64,000 nt of DNA from Octopus sinensis (taxonomy: Eukaryota). Positions 12,280 through 25,196 of this stretch are shown here, piece after piece. The notes beneath the pieces were generated by a model. The model ran no database searches, was not told where the DNA came from, and was given only the letters and a program-made list of their open reading frames with translations. Made by a program: the position numbers and the translations under genes. How positions within the stretch are numbered: position 1 is the stretch's first letter; the number at the start of each line of letters is the position of its first letter. The stretch spans positions 36,084,001 through 36,148,000 of the forward strand of contig NC_043014.1 of the NCBI RefSeq assembly GCF_006345805.1, written 5' to 3'.

Positions 12280-12511
12280 TATTTCTTTACTACCCACATG
12301 GGGCTACACACAGAGGGGACAAACAAGGACAGACAAACGGATTAAGTCGATTACATCGACCCCAGTGCGAAACTGGTATTTATTTATCGACCCCGAAAGG
12401 ATAAAAGGCAAAGTCGACCTCGGCGGAATTTGAACTCAGAACGTAACGGCAGACGAAATACGGCTACGCATTTCGTCCGGCGTGCTAACGTTTCTGCCAG
12501 CTCGCCGCCTT
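12280..12511 (-). mobile_element. SINE A monomer
   Basis: Full head to AAAGAAATA tail. Further monomers at 26322-26541(-), 40444-40634(+), 42635-42868(-) and 51027-51258(+); diverged copies near 33170-33370(+), 35175-35345(-) and 46050-46230(-). Confidence 0.85.
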
Positions 12512-13120
12512 ACATACATACGCATATGTCACAATGACTGAACATATGACGTTATTTGTGAGAAGTGGGGGCGTCAAATAAGACAATAAACCTATTTTCA
12601 GGGATGCAATGTGTATCGACAACTAGATCGGACAACTGACTGGCATACTAAACAAAACTAAATACTAAACGTCGAATTGCGACATATTATGCAATATTAA
12701 GATTTAAGTATTGTAAAAAAGAAATAGATAAAAAGTATTTGTTTCATTCATGTAACACTCGAGTCATATCAAATTGATGAATTTGTTAATTTTATCTATA
12801 TAGTCGACATACATACACACATACATATATTATACGTACATACATACTGGCGCGCAAACAATCAAGGCTAGAGATGGGAACGATGACCTCCCTCGCAAAT
12901 ACTAATCGGACCACAGATTGTGTGTCGTTGGCCAACTGGAGATGTCTTCCGTGGGGCTAAAAACAAACAGTAACCCTATCCGCTATAGGACCACCACATT
13001 TAGTTGGCAAATATATTTTACGATATATAAGCGAGAAGTTGAGGTTATAAGAGATAAATGGTGTCATTGAGACCCAAAGGTGTCAGGTAATGCTGAATAA
13101 GTCGTATAGACAGACATTTG

Positions 13121-13298
<178 letters not shown>

Positions 13299-13522
13299 CT
13301 CTTTACTCTTTTACTTGTTTCAGTCATTTGCCTGTGGCCATGCTGGAGCACCACCTTTAGTCGAACAAATCGACCCCAGGACTTATTCTTTGTAAGCCTA
13401 GTACTTATTCTATTGGTCTCTTTTACCGAATCGCTAAGTTACGGGGACGTAAACACACCAGCATCGGTTGTGAAGCGATGTTGGGGGGACAAACACAGAC
13501 ACACAAACATAGACACACACAC

Positions 13523-13573
<51 letters not shown>

Positions 13574-14004
13574 CATATATACGACGGGCTTCTTTCAGTT
13601 TCCGTCTACCAAATCTACTCAGAAGGGTTTGGTCGGCCCGAGGCTATAGTAGAAGACACTTGCCCAAGGTGCCACGCTGTGACACTGAACCCGGAACCAT
13701 GTGGTTGGTAAGCAAGCTACTTACCACACAGCCACTCCTACGCCTATTATATATATTCTTTTACTCTTTTACCTGTTTCAGTCATTTGACTGTGGCCATG
13801 GTGGAGCACCGCCTTTAGTCGAACAAATCGACCCCAGGACTTACTCTTTGTAAGCCTAGTATTTATTCTATCGGTGTTTTTTGCCGAACCACTAAGTTAC
13901 AAGCACATAAATACACCAACATCGGTTGTTAAGCGATGGTGGGGGGGACTCAGACATACAAATACATACATGTATATAATGTATATATATATATATATAT
14001 ATCT

Positions 14005-14042
<38 letters not shown>

Positions 14043-14132
14043 CAAATTACAGAAGCTACACACATAATAGAAGATAAACCTAGCCTGAATAGGAAACTGG
14101 AATGGAACACTAGCATCCACTACAACATATGA
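14043..14132 (+). mobile_element. Penelope-like GIY-YIG C-terminal remnant
   Basis: QITEATHIIEDKPSLNRKLEWN* aligns by eye with HITEAIHIAIERRSLNRKHEWN at 16729-16800. Confidence 0.7.
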
Positions 14133-14597
14133 CGGTAGAGGATCCCCATAAACTGGTTACAATATAAACAAAACCGAAAACAATAAATAAAATACACAGA
14201 TAAATAGACAAATAGAAATAAATAACCATATAAGTTTTTTTTGTTTAATTTAAAAGATTTTTTTTATTTATTATTATTATTATTATTACTAGTATTGTTG
14301 TTATACATACATACATACATACATACATACATACATACATACAAGCATACGTAATGATAATAATAATAAGTGGATGTAAACACATGAACAAAATAAGAAT
14401 AAACAAAAACAACAACAAAAAAAAAATTGCTCGAACGTGTATAAACAGAAGGTACAAATATTATAGGCCCCCCCACACACTAAATAAACATAGACGCACA
14501 TAGAGATATAAGCATGCGCAAATGAAGACATACAATAGAAATACAAAATGGCTGACGGTTAGTAAGGAGAGACACAAAAAAAAAAAGAAGAAACAAA

Positions 14598-14641
14598 GGA
14601 CCACTGATGCGTCACAGGAGTGTGACGAAAGAACTCTGGCC
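14598..14641 (+). ncRNA. Minimal type I hammerhead-like motif (A9>C variant)
   Basis: GG(A)CCA-CTGATGC-GTCACA ggag TGTGAC-GAAA-G aa CTC-TGGCC: stem I, 6-bp stem II, 2-bp stem III, CUC triplet. Confidence 0.6.
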
Positions 14642-14744
14642 GAATAAGATTAGATCAATGTAAAAAATAAAGAACACTGAAGCAAGTAACACAATATATA
14701 GTGCATGTGTTTTTTATGCTAAACGGGCAAAGTGACCATTCCCA

Positions 14745-14776
<32 letters not shown>

Positions 14777-15249
14777 TACTATATACGACGGGCTTCTTTC
14801 AGTTTCCGTCTACCAAATCCACTCATAAGGCTTATTTTTTCAGAATCCAAATCTATCTATTTTATTTCTGTGTAATTAAATTTTGAGAATTTCAAGTGAT
14901 GGTATAATTTATTATTTTAATTTTCTAGTTGTTTGTTGTTGTTTAGGGTTAATATGTATTATTTTCATTATATTAATTGTATCTATTTAATAGGGGTATG
15001 ATTCTGTATGTATCACATGTACAGCGTTAGATTTTAATTAGTGATTTCTTCCAATTAGTGAGTGTACATTTCACTTACGTTTATTTTAATTAATTTAATT
15101 TCATCAGTGTTTTTACTTACATATAATTTATTTAAAATTATTAGATATACATACACACACATACTCTCACATATTATCATTATATCCATATATATACACA
15201 TATACACACACATATATCCTTATACCCATCCACTGATGTTGATTTTGCT

Positions 15250-16920
15250 GTGGAGAAATGTGTGGAGGTGATCAGCGAGAGCGATTTGGAGTTTCGTGGT
15301 GTTGACACAGAAGGACTGGGCCTTGTCCTGAGACTGACCTGTGACAACGGTCACTTAGATTAACATGACCTTAGTTCTTTCTGCTCTATTAGATCGGTAA
15401 GCGGTAGATCCCCAGCTATAGCTTCTATGGCCAGGAAGACCACTAGAGAGAAATGGAACGGGTGAACCAGAGCTATACGGATCCCCGAAAATGATAATCA
15501 GGTTACAAAGATGGTCGCACATGCAGTGGGTGTGAGTACCATGATCACACTCAAGGGCCACCTATTTAAGTTTAATAATAAGATATATGCCCAAGACGAT
15601 GTTGGAACCATCGGTGTCAGTATCGCTGGCCATGTGGTCAACCTATTTAAGATTTGGTGGGATAGGAGACTCGAAGAAAAATTGGCAAACAACTCCATAA
15701 CTCTAACCATGTACTCCCGCTATGTTGATATCAACATAGTAGCCAAAGCACCCCTACAAGACGATGTTGATGAAGTAGAAGTTAACACTATGGAGAGCAT
15801 CTGGCACATAGCTAACTACATTCATCAGAGTATCTTAATAATGATAGACTACCCTAACAAGCACCCCAACAATAGGCTACTAGTTTTAAACGTTGACCTC
15901 TGGTTAGAAACCAAAATTAATAAGGTCCAGATGCTTCACTCCAGTTATGCCAAACCAACCTATGGCCTCTAAATAACTTGCCCACAAGAACACAGCCATG
16001 GCTGACAACGCCTAGTTCAATATTTTTATGGCGGACTTGGTGAGAATGACGAGGAATGTGTTTCGCATGTGCGGCGACCTTATGGAATTGGAAAAACACA
16101 TACAACACTTCATCCAGTTCTCTGACTATAACCAAAGGACCCAGGGCTAAGTACAAGACCATCATAGAGAGTGATGCAAAGAGGATCAGCCCGTTATACA
16201 GGAGTAAATCCTGGAACATCACAGAAAGGACCACAAAAAAGATAGATAAGGCCAACTCATGGTATGAGAACAAAAAATACCACAGTGTCATGTTCGTTGA
16301 TGCCATCCATGGCGACGAACTAGCATATCTTTTTAGAAAAACATTAGATAAGGCCAATCTACGGATAAAAGTAGTAGAAAGGCTTAGTGCCCCAATAAAA
16401 TCCCTGATCCGTAAAACTTATCCATTCGATAGGTCCCATGTACAGAGAGCAATTGTATTGTATGTAGGATGAACCCACAGGTTAACTGTAAAGTTATGAA
16501 TATAGTGTATTGCTTACGATGTACTGAGGGGCGGTGCAGAAGCATAACTACTTACATTGCAGAGACAGCACGCAGCATAGGAGAGCGTATAGGTGACATT
16601 AGCGAGAGCCCAAAGAAGAGAAAGGCTCGCAAGTGCTCTGCCAACATGCTCAAGTAGAACATAGAAGCTTAGTCAATAGCATAGAGGTCAAAATATTACC
16701 AATGCATAGAACTGACACGATACTTAGACATATCACAGAGGCTATACACATAGCAATAGAGAGACGTAGCCTCAACAGAAAACACGAATGGAACAAAATC
16801 AACAACACGATTAACAGCAATGGCAACAACAACAATATCTGCCATGATGGCAGCAGCATGGGCGAACACACAAACACAGTGAGTTACAAGACCGGCACAT
16901 AAAGTCGGGTTCAAGAGTAA
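15250..16920 (+). mobile_element. Degenerate Penelope-like element (RT + GIY-YIG endonuclease)
   Basis: FKFNNKIYAQ..G..G.SIAG..NL...YSRYVD (RT); NIVYCLRC...TYIAETARSIGERI and EAIHI..LNR (GIY-YIG). Frameshifted. Confidence 0.9.
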
Positions 16921-16983
16921 CAGCAACAGCAACGGAGTAAGGGACGAAGCTGAAGGGAGGGTCATAGTGCTATTAAAAACAAT

Positions 16984-17073
<90 letters not shown>

Positions 17074-17152
17074 TGCATGCGCATATAAGAATACACACCA
17101 TAGAAGAACAGGATGGAATAAGCAGAGCAAGAGCACACACGAAGACGGAAAG

Positions 17153-17197
17153 TGTCACTGAAGAGGTCACAGATGTGTGACGAAAGATTTCCGGACA
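17153..17197 (+). ncRNA. Related hammerhead-like motif in the PLE 3' region
   Basis: TGTCA-CTGAAGAG-GTCACA gatg TGTGAC-GAAA-GAT-TTC-CGGACA. Stem I is imperfect. Confidence 0.5.
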
Positions 17198-17831
17198 ATG
17201 GATATTAGTTAGAATAAGAAGAGGAATAAACGAGTGAAGAATGAATATATAGTGCGTATGTTTATTTGGCAAAAAAAAAATTACCACCCTGAAATACAAC
17301 ATATATTTATTTTGCTATAAATTTGGGACGACAACTAGCCACTGTCCTCCTACGGTCAAACTTCAAATTTTGGCTATTTTTAGAACTGAATTCCAAAGGC
17401 AAATAAGCTGATTCACACACTTACATAAGAAGACACATTGGACAATTCAGCTTCAGTACTAACACACGTTCACACACAGAGAAAATGTATGCTGCTGTCT
17501 TAGTCTATAATGAACACTTACTCTATTAGGATGTAAAGAAATATGTTGATTTTAGTCCTGAAGAGATCTCTACGTTTCAAATTCATAATGCATTGTTAAT
17601 TGTAAAATGAATGAAGGTGGTTATTGAAACGATCGTTGGCCTTATGTAATCGACAGTTATGTAAATAAATTGATTTTACTGTATTCAATCTCTCCATTTT
17701 CTTTATATAATACCTGAAATTATGTTCGCATATATCGAATTAGATGACAGCATCTATACGGACTACTGGAACTCCATAATGTGTATAGTACTAGTGTCTA
17801 ATGAATACTAATTCTACCACAAATAAATAAA

Positions 17832-18143
17832 TTCCAATATTTTATTATTGAAAACAATGATTGAACAGCGAACTAATATTTCTCCTGCTCCCTAACTTAC
17901 AGCACTTGGTCTACCAATAAATTCACAGATATATGGATAAACCGGCAGATGCTTGGATCTAAGACATTCTTAGAAGGGCATCTCTTTCTTTACAAAACTT
18001 GTGTGTGTTTGTGTGTGTGTGTGTGTGTATAGACAGAAACACAAAGATATATAGATACCTATCTATCTATCTATGTAAGTTAAGGAGCAGGAGAAATATT
18101 AGTTCGCTGTTCAATCATTGTTTTCAATAATACAATATTGGAA
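17832..18143. repeat. 69-bp inverted repeat around a 174-bp spacer
   Basis: 17832-17900 versus 18075-18143, 2 mismatches; no TSD seen. Confidence 0.85.
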
Positions 18144-18894
18144 ACGAGCCAAATTATTACAGTCTGTAAGCACTAACTTTTTCTATTTAGGAATGATTCT
18201 TCAGAGTTCACATGTGAGCGTGGACTGCTCAGCCATTTCGCACCCCTATTCAAAGGGTAGGTTGTCCTGTGGTCCTGCAAACTGAGGCTCTTTCATGTTG
18301 AAATCCTCGTGAGATGCCACTTGACATCATGTGTATGTTTGAATTTTCTTTGATTATTTTTTTAGGTTCTGATTGAGAGAGTTTACACCGGTCGCTAAGA
18401 AAGTGACAAGACTTTTTGAGTTAAGAGAGTTCCTGGTGTTTGAAAATATGTATATGAATTCGTGTGTTGGTTGAAATGTCGAAGCATACAGCTATGTGTA
18501 TGAATCTATTCACACAAGAATCTCAGCTGGAGAATATTTGGAACGTCATGCAAATCTTCACAGGTCACTTATAAGTTGGATTTGCTTGTTGTTTTTGTTG
18601 TTTGTTTGTTTGTTTGTATGTATGTATGTATGTATGTATGTATGTATGTATGTATGTGGTTTGTAGCTGCCAATTCTGTACAAGACATGTAGAAGTATCT
18701 TTAGCTGGGCTAAATAAAGCATTCGACTCACAGCACCAAAATAACAGTTAAGTTCGTGCAATGGCCATACTCGATAACGAGGGGGCAGCATCATGTATGT
18801 ATGTATGTATGTATATGTAGTATGTATGTATGTATGTATGTATGTATGTATTGGTGGATGGATGGTGGTGGTGGATGGAGATTCAAATGTATAG

Positions 18895-19010
18895 AAAATA
18901 AAAGATAGTGACGAGTGAAGGAACAAGCAGGTGTATTAGTTTGACACTCGGGAAAAATGCAAAAGTCTTTGCAGTTTCGAACCTACGCTCTTCAACAGAA
19001 AGGGATTAGA
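18895..19010 (-). repeat. Second copy of the hammerhead-like-motif repeat (third at about 30490-30630, +)
   Basis: Sense CTTT-CTGTTGAA-GAGC gtag GTTC-GAAA..AAAG followed by CCGAG.GTCAAA.TAATACACCTGCTTGTT, shared with 27640-27830 and 30490-30630. Confidence 0.7.
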
Positions 19011-20099
19011 GAGAGAGAGAGGGAGGAAACAGAATGAAAAAACGTGTCGGAATGAACGGTTCCACATATGCATGTATGTGTGTATGCCCATGCAGAGTTG
19101 GCTTTAACAAGGCTCAGTTCCCTCGTTCCTTTGTTTGACAGTTTCCTTGGAAGGAGTAGATGTTAAAGATGGTGAAGTTGCAGTCGTTATGTTTTGATAT
19201 TTTTTGTTTTAGATATTATTTGCTGAGGCTGGAGGAAGACGTAGAGCTGATGACTCTTGCAGGTCTTCCGTGACTTGTGTGATGCTATTAATGTCCCGTT
19301 TAATCTGTTGCCTATCAACAAATGCAGGAAAGATATGACGAAATTCTAGTGGGCTGTATTGGGACTGAAGGATTGATCATAAGGATCATCAGGGGAAAAA
19401 GATGGTTGAATGCACCAAGGGTTCCGAAAGATGAGAAGACAAGTGTGATTGGGGTGCCTGAGAGTTAGCGGTATGAGACAAGGCAGATCGGAAGATCAGA
19501 AGTCATCACAGTAGCAATTGAGAGGAGAGAGAAGAGAGAACATGCGTGTGGGCCAGAAGCTGGAGTGTGTGCACTCCGAAATGATTGCGACTGAAATCTA
19601 AGAGGCTGGATACAACCGGTCCCAAATAAGTTGTTAACAGGCTCAAAGACAACAGTGTAAGCGAGATGTATTCACAGCAACTTAGATCTGTTCAACCTGG
19701 AGTATGTTCAGGGGGATGAGGCCCAACCCACCTCGGTGTACTGGAGTCTTAGACTCTGATGTCGCACTTCTGAATGAGGGGCCCAGGGTGGTTCATACTT
19801 TGAGTAGTTGTATAAAGTGGACCCACTACAGCGATAAACCAGTGAAGAGTGGGGAGTAGCCAGTGTTCGTGGCATCCATGGGGGGGGGGAGGTGATCAAG
19901 CCTTCTGAAGGCTTGTTCTTGCGACAGATTGCTCAACCTTGAGCAGTGGCATCATACCGTTGGGAGGGAAAGAGTTCGGCCAGTGGCAAAATTGCAAATC
20001 AGACATCCGAAACTAACACGAAGACTGCTTTATAACTGAAGCATATGTTAAAGCTGAAGTTCCCAAAAATGTGAAATGCTAATTTAATCTAATTCTTCT

Positions 20100-21550
20100 A
20101 GATGTCAAACTCTTTTCAGAATATTGAAAGTGGCAATGCAAGAACTGTTGTGTTTGTAAGGCGTGAAGGAACACGAACTGAAATGCATCGGCAGATATTT
20201 GAACAAGTTCTGACGTCTATTAAAAAAATGATGGTACCGGATACAGATTCTTCTTTCCTTCTTGATGATCTTGCTGACTCGAGCAAAGCTTACCTCTACT
20301 ACACTTTGATCATTTACTTGGATATCCTGAAAAATATTCTCTTTTTGTTTGCAAATAAGGGAATTATCAAGAATTTGCTTATTGAAGGAAAAGAATGCAA
20401 CAATGAGATGAAATTCTCTGTTCCAATCGTTGAAAACTCAGTACTTGAGAAGAGGTTCTGAAAACTCTGCAAATATAAAGTCGAATTTAATAACAGTTGA
20501 TGAAACCTCAGTGATTTCCAACAACACCGTTGATACCTTTTGGCATAAATTATGCAATCATATAGGTCACTTGATAGTTAAGCTCTTTGGATGAGCAGAG
20601 AGTATTGCTATCGAGCAAAGCTTACCTCTACTACACTTTGATCATTTACTTGGATAATCCTGAAAGTATTCTCTTTTTGTTTGCAAATAAGGGATTAATC
20701 AAGAATTTGCTTATTGAAGGAAAAGAGGCAACAATGAGATGAAACTCTTGTTCTCAATCGTTGAAAACTCAGTACTTGAGAAGAGGTTCTGAAACCTCAG
20801 TGTTTCAACAAAAACAACAACCACCGTGATACCTTTTGGCATAAATTATGCAATCATATAGGTCACTTGATAGTTAAGCTCTTTTGGATGAGCAGAGAGT
20901 ATTGCTAGGCAATATGCGTTATACACAGGGGTTTAAACTCTGCATTTTGAGAGTCATCTGTCTATCAGCGAACTAACATTTACGTGCGCACTAGAAGGCA
21001 AGAAGATTTCTGTTGATGGTTATTGCAAATTAGTAACGGTCCAGTCGCCAGATATTACGGTTTGAGCGAAAATAAGATTTACATGATAGGTCACGTTTTA
21101 TCTTTACGTGATATTGTAAGAAATATTTGCAAAATTTCTTGATTTTGAAAATAATGGTGACATGAAAGATATTATGATGAAGATTATTATTGTTACTCCT
21201 CTAAAATAAAAGCCCATTGAAAGTAAATAAATCTAATCTGACTCTACGTAGGTAATGTCTTTTCATGTCCTGCATATTCATAGAAGGACGTAGTAAGAGG
21301 GATTAAGAAAGAGTAAGATGCGTTTATCTTAAGGATTAATGTGCCACCACATAATGCAAATTATCTTTCTGTGACAAATGGAACATAATTTCCAATCATA
21401 GCTGCATTTGCTATTACCATCAACAAGTCATATCTAAGTAGCACTATTTACTTGTTTCACCTAGTTTTACTTAGAGTGTGTGTATGTGTGTCAAAGGAAG
21501 TTATTTTATGGTATTCTTTCGTTTGAAGAAGCAAAGTTGTCAACTCGACA
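20100..21550 (+). mobile_element. Degenerate Helitron Pif1-helicase fragment containing a ~330-bp tandem duplication
   Basis: FPIIAAFAITINKS near 21390-21430 matches the Helitron QFP..AFA.TINKSQG motif. Duplicated units at about 20280-20610 and 20611-20907. Confidence 0.7.
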
Positions 21551-21972
21551 TATATGGGATCATATGATTGTTCGTTAATTTCCGTAAAATTGTTTTAATT
21601 TCTGTGTGCTTTGAAGAGAGCAAAAATTGAAAGAGGATAAAGTGAAAAGGCGACATTTGCTTTGAAGTGAGAGGAGAAAGTAAAAGCAGAGAAAGTGTAG
21701 GATGCATGTGTATATGAAATGGATATGTGTGAGAGAGAAAGAGAGAGAGAGAAGAGAGAAAAAGAGAATGAGTGAAGGTGTGTTGTGATGTATGAATTTT
21801 TTTGCATGTATAAGTGGCACTCACTCGCTCTCTCTTCCTATCATACACACGCATTATCTTTCATACACACGTACATAGTGGAGGTAAAGAATACGCACAC
21901 CACCCGTTTTTGGCGTAACCCTAACAGTATTCTTTACCTTCGTCCATAAATACATATGCATATATCTTTTTT

Positions 21973-22045
<73 letters not shown>

Positions 22046-22519
22046 TGTGTGTGTGTGACTGTATTTCCTCATAACATATAGAAAAATAGATGTCTTTTAA
22101 TGCAATTTTTTTTATTGTGGCTTATTTTGATACAATATTTATGTGCACATTTTCATAAATTATATCTCACGAAAGTGAAACATTGGAAGCAAATCGAAAT
22201 ATTGTCCGAATATGACCTGAAAATTGTGCGACCCAAAGTAGTTGCCGAGGTTATTTTAGTTGTAAAAAAGAGTTGTTGAGTCAAAAACATAGTTTATTTG
22301 GTAGACAGATAATAATCAGGTTTCTTTGTTACAATACAGATGTAACTAATTCAGAGAAACATTACTTTCATTATTCACACATCGTCACTCTCATAATGCA
22401 ACACTTTGTAATTTCGGTTTAAATTGAAAGTGTGAAACTATTTTCATTTTTTAAAGACGAGAAGCGTATTTGAAATCACTATAGCTGGTTATTGAGATAA
22501 TGTAGAAAATATGTAAATA

Positions 22520-22870
22520 TGTTTATTTTACATGTGTAATTGATGTGACTGTTCTGGTCTTAATATCAGTTGGTAAGAATAGAAGTCATCTGACGACACC
22601 TTTTTGTTTGTGATTGGCTATCTTGTTGCAGGTTCAATCCATGGAATATTGAAATGATACCCATCTTGTCCATTCCGCAGAATAAGATTATACTGGAGAG
22701 CATGATAGGTGGGACGAGCCTATGAAACACGTTTAAGGTTGTTATGTTGAACATAGATGATAATATCATGATTTTCATGGGGATCACCAACCATAAGGAT
22801 GGCTACTTCATTAGATGTGGGCTCATTAAAACAGCGTAACCTGTTCTTTACTATAGTTTACTATAGACGT
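22520..22870 (-). mobile_element. Helitron Rep-region fragment
   Basis: Minus-strand translation FNEPTSNEVAILMVGD..DII...LKRV...Y.ALQY.L..NGQDGYHF.I...KVS..FYSY.L.LR. Confidence 0.85.
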
Positions 22871-23325
22871 AAGGTGCACAGAAACCCACTCATAGAATTG
22901 ATAATATTGAAAACAGCAAAATGTACACATACGAAGTTCAAGCGACACGAAAAGTAGTCAATATAATTGCAAACCATACTTTCTGTAGCATAATTATGCT
23001 ATAAAAAAATGGAAAGTCAACTCTGTGACACCAATGTAACAAAGTACAGAAAGTCAAATTTTATTTGGAACATGTACTAAACGCAATTCTATATTTAAGA
23101 AATGAGGAATTATGTATATTATTTACAATTATCTTTAGTGGAAAATATAATGGTCAGATGATTTTCAAATTCTCTTAATGCTGAATCACACTACCTTAAT
23201 TTTATAAAGAGAAGCTTCAGTAATTTTCTATGTTAAAATGAGATTAGGTGTGTATCTGTGTGGTGGTGGTGGTGGTGTTAATGAAGTGTAAGATAATGTG
23301 TTTTGATAAAAAAAGTGGATGACAG

Positions 23326-23358
<33 letters not shown>

Positions 23359-23527
23359 AACAAAAAACATAAGATTGGACTTGGAATGTTTGTTGATAGA
23401 AATATATCTTTTCATATTTATATTTTGGTTTGGGAGGGGAGGTGGGGAAGTGCTAGCTCACATATTTACTTCCTACATATAAAAAAAAGTACACACACAC
23501 ACACACAGCACACACACATATATACAC

Positions 23528-25196
23528 TACGGTGATGCAAAGAAGGGATCAAAAAAATTTCTTTTTTCAATTTTCAGGGAGACACCCTCCTATTTTATTC
23601 ATATTCCTAAGAAAGCATTGTATGCGAAATTAGGGATTAAAAGAGAGAAAATTAGAAGTTGCTACCAAGCTTTAAAAATAAATGTATATCAGTTTGAGCT
23701 AAAAAATATTGTTTTTTTTTTAAATATTTTCCCCGGAACCAATTTGATATATACCTAGTTAACCTAGTTTGAAAAACAAAAACGATGACATTTTAGGCTA
23801 TAGTACATAGTGAGGTAGAGCTTATAGCGCGTTAACTTTTTTATGTGAAATATTTCGTTTTTGGATTTGGTTTGCAAGATTCTTTATATGAGTTCGTGTG
23901 TTGAAGCATATTCTGTTGTGTTTGGGGAGAGTCATTCTCTTTTAGAGAGTCAAGACTATTGAAAATTTTTTATGTGAAAGCTTTCCCAGTAGGCATATCA
24001 TAACCACCGTAAGTTTATGTTTTTTTGTAAGCAAGTGTAATGTTTTCTTGTTTTGTTTGAGAGTGATGACCTGTAATTTTTAACAATTTAAAGACAGTAT
24101 TGTTTCTACTCTTCATCATTGATTATCAGTTTGTTGTATTCCCCCATCAGTTGTACACCTCTTTCCGCAATGTCATTTACCACTTTGAGTCTGTATGCAA
24201 TATCTCTTGCATTTGCATAACTTTCATCACCATTCTACTCTTCAGCATCTTTTTCAAGAAAAGTGCAATGCATCTCTAGGATTTTAAAGAATCTTTTTGT
24301 GTTGCTGTAACAAAATCCTGCACTTGTTTCCGCCCAGTTGATTCAGGATTTATTGATGCTCGTTTGTTCGGTTTTGAGTCAACTGGCTTCTGCAGAGCAT
24401 GCTTCATCTTATTTTTTTCATGTGAAACAGCTGAATCAAAAAATGCAAGTGCCACAAGCTCCTCAGAGAGGTACCACAAATGTCTCAAAAACTTATTGAG
24501 AGCAGCACTTGCAATTTTGTCATCCTTTTGATTGTAGAGCTGCAGACTTTACACAAAATGCAAATTTTAACAGAGGTGCACAAGAGGGTATGGATATTAG
24601 ATCTGATGTATATCGCAGCTGAAAAGCAGCAAAGATCTCTCAGTCCTTTTACCTCTGTTTCAGTTAGTTTAAACTGGATTTAAAGAACCAAATTTTTAAT
24701 GCAGAAAATTAGCTTGTCCATCCATCGTGCTCTGTGATAAGCTCCGGGTGCTTCAAAGCTGATTCCTGACTTGGGGATACTACCAAGGAAAATGAGCATT
24801 AGCTCGAGCAATTCCTTGTAGTCATCACGAGGCTGCTGTTCATCAAACTGAACTTGAGCAAACTGAATGATTTCTTCAGCATCTGAGATTTTCTCTGCAA
24901 TGTTAGGGTCATCTGTTTCTGTTTGGTAATTGTTCTTGTCAATTTCCACCAACATTGATTTGAATCTCTTAAACAGTTGTATGTCAGGGCCAGTAGAAAA
25001 TGGTAAGGGGACAGAAAATGTACAATAAATACAACCCGAAAAATAACAATATACAAAATGTTCAGTGGATGGTAGCAAACTCTAAAATGTCTTCAATTAG
25101 GCTGAAATTTTGCATGTTCAGTTTTTGCACTAAATTAAATAAAATTAGAGATTGTCTTCAAGTTTTTGAAATGGTAAGTTATTTTGCATCACCCTA
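23528..25196 (-). mobile_element. hAT (hATm-like) deletion derivative with intact ends
   Basis: 14-bp TIRs TA(C/G)GGTGATGCAAA; 8-bp TSD ATATACAC/ATATACAA. Transposase remnants GPDIQLFKRF, QPRDDYKELLEL, PGAYHRARWM, HLWYLSEELVALAFFD and LKVVNDIAERGV. Confidence 0.9.

Noticed and set aside
17555-17582. CTGAAGAG...TACGTTTC as a hammerhead
   Set aside because: The GAAAC half is on the opposite strand, so neither strand has the core-stem II-GAAA order.
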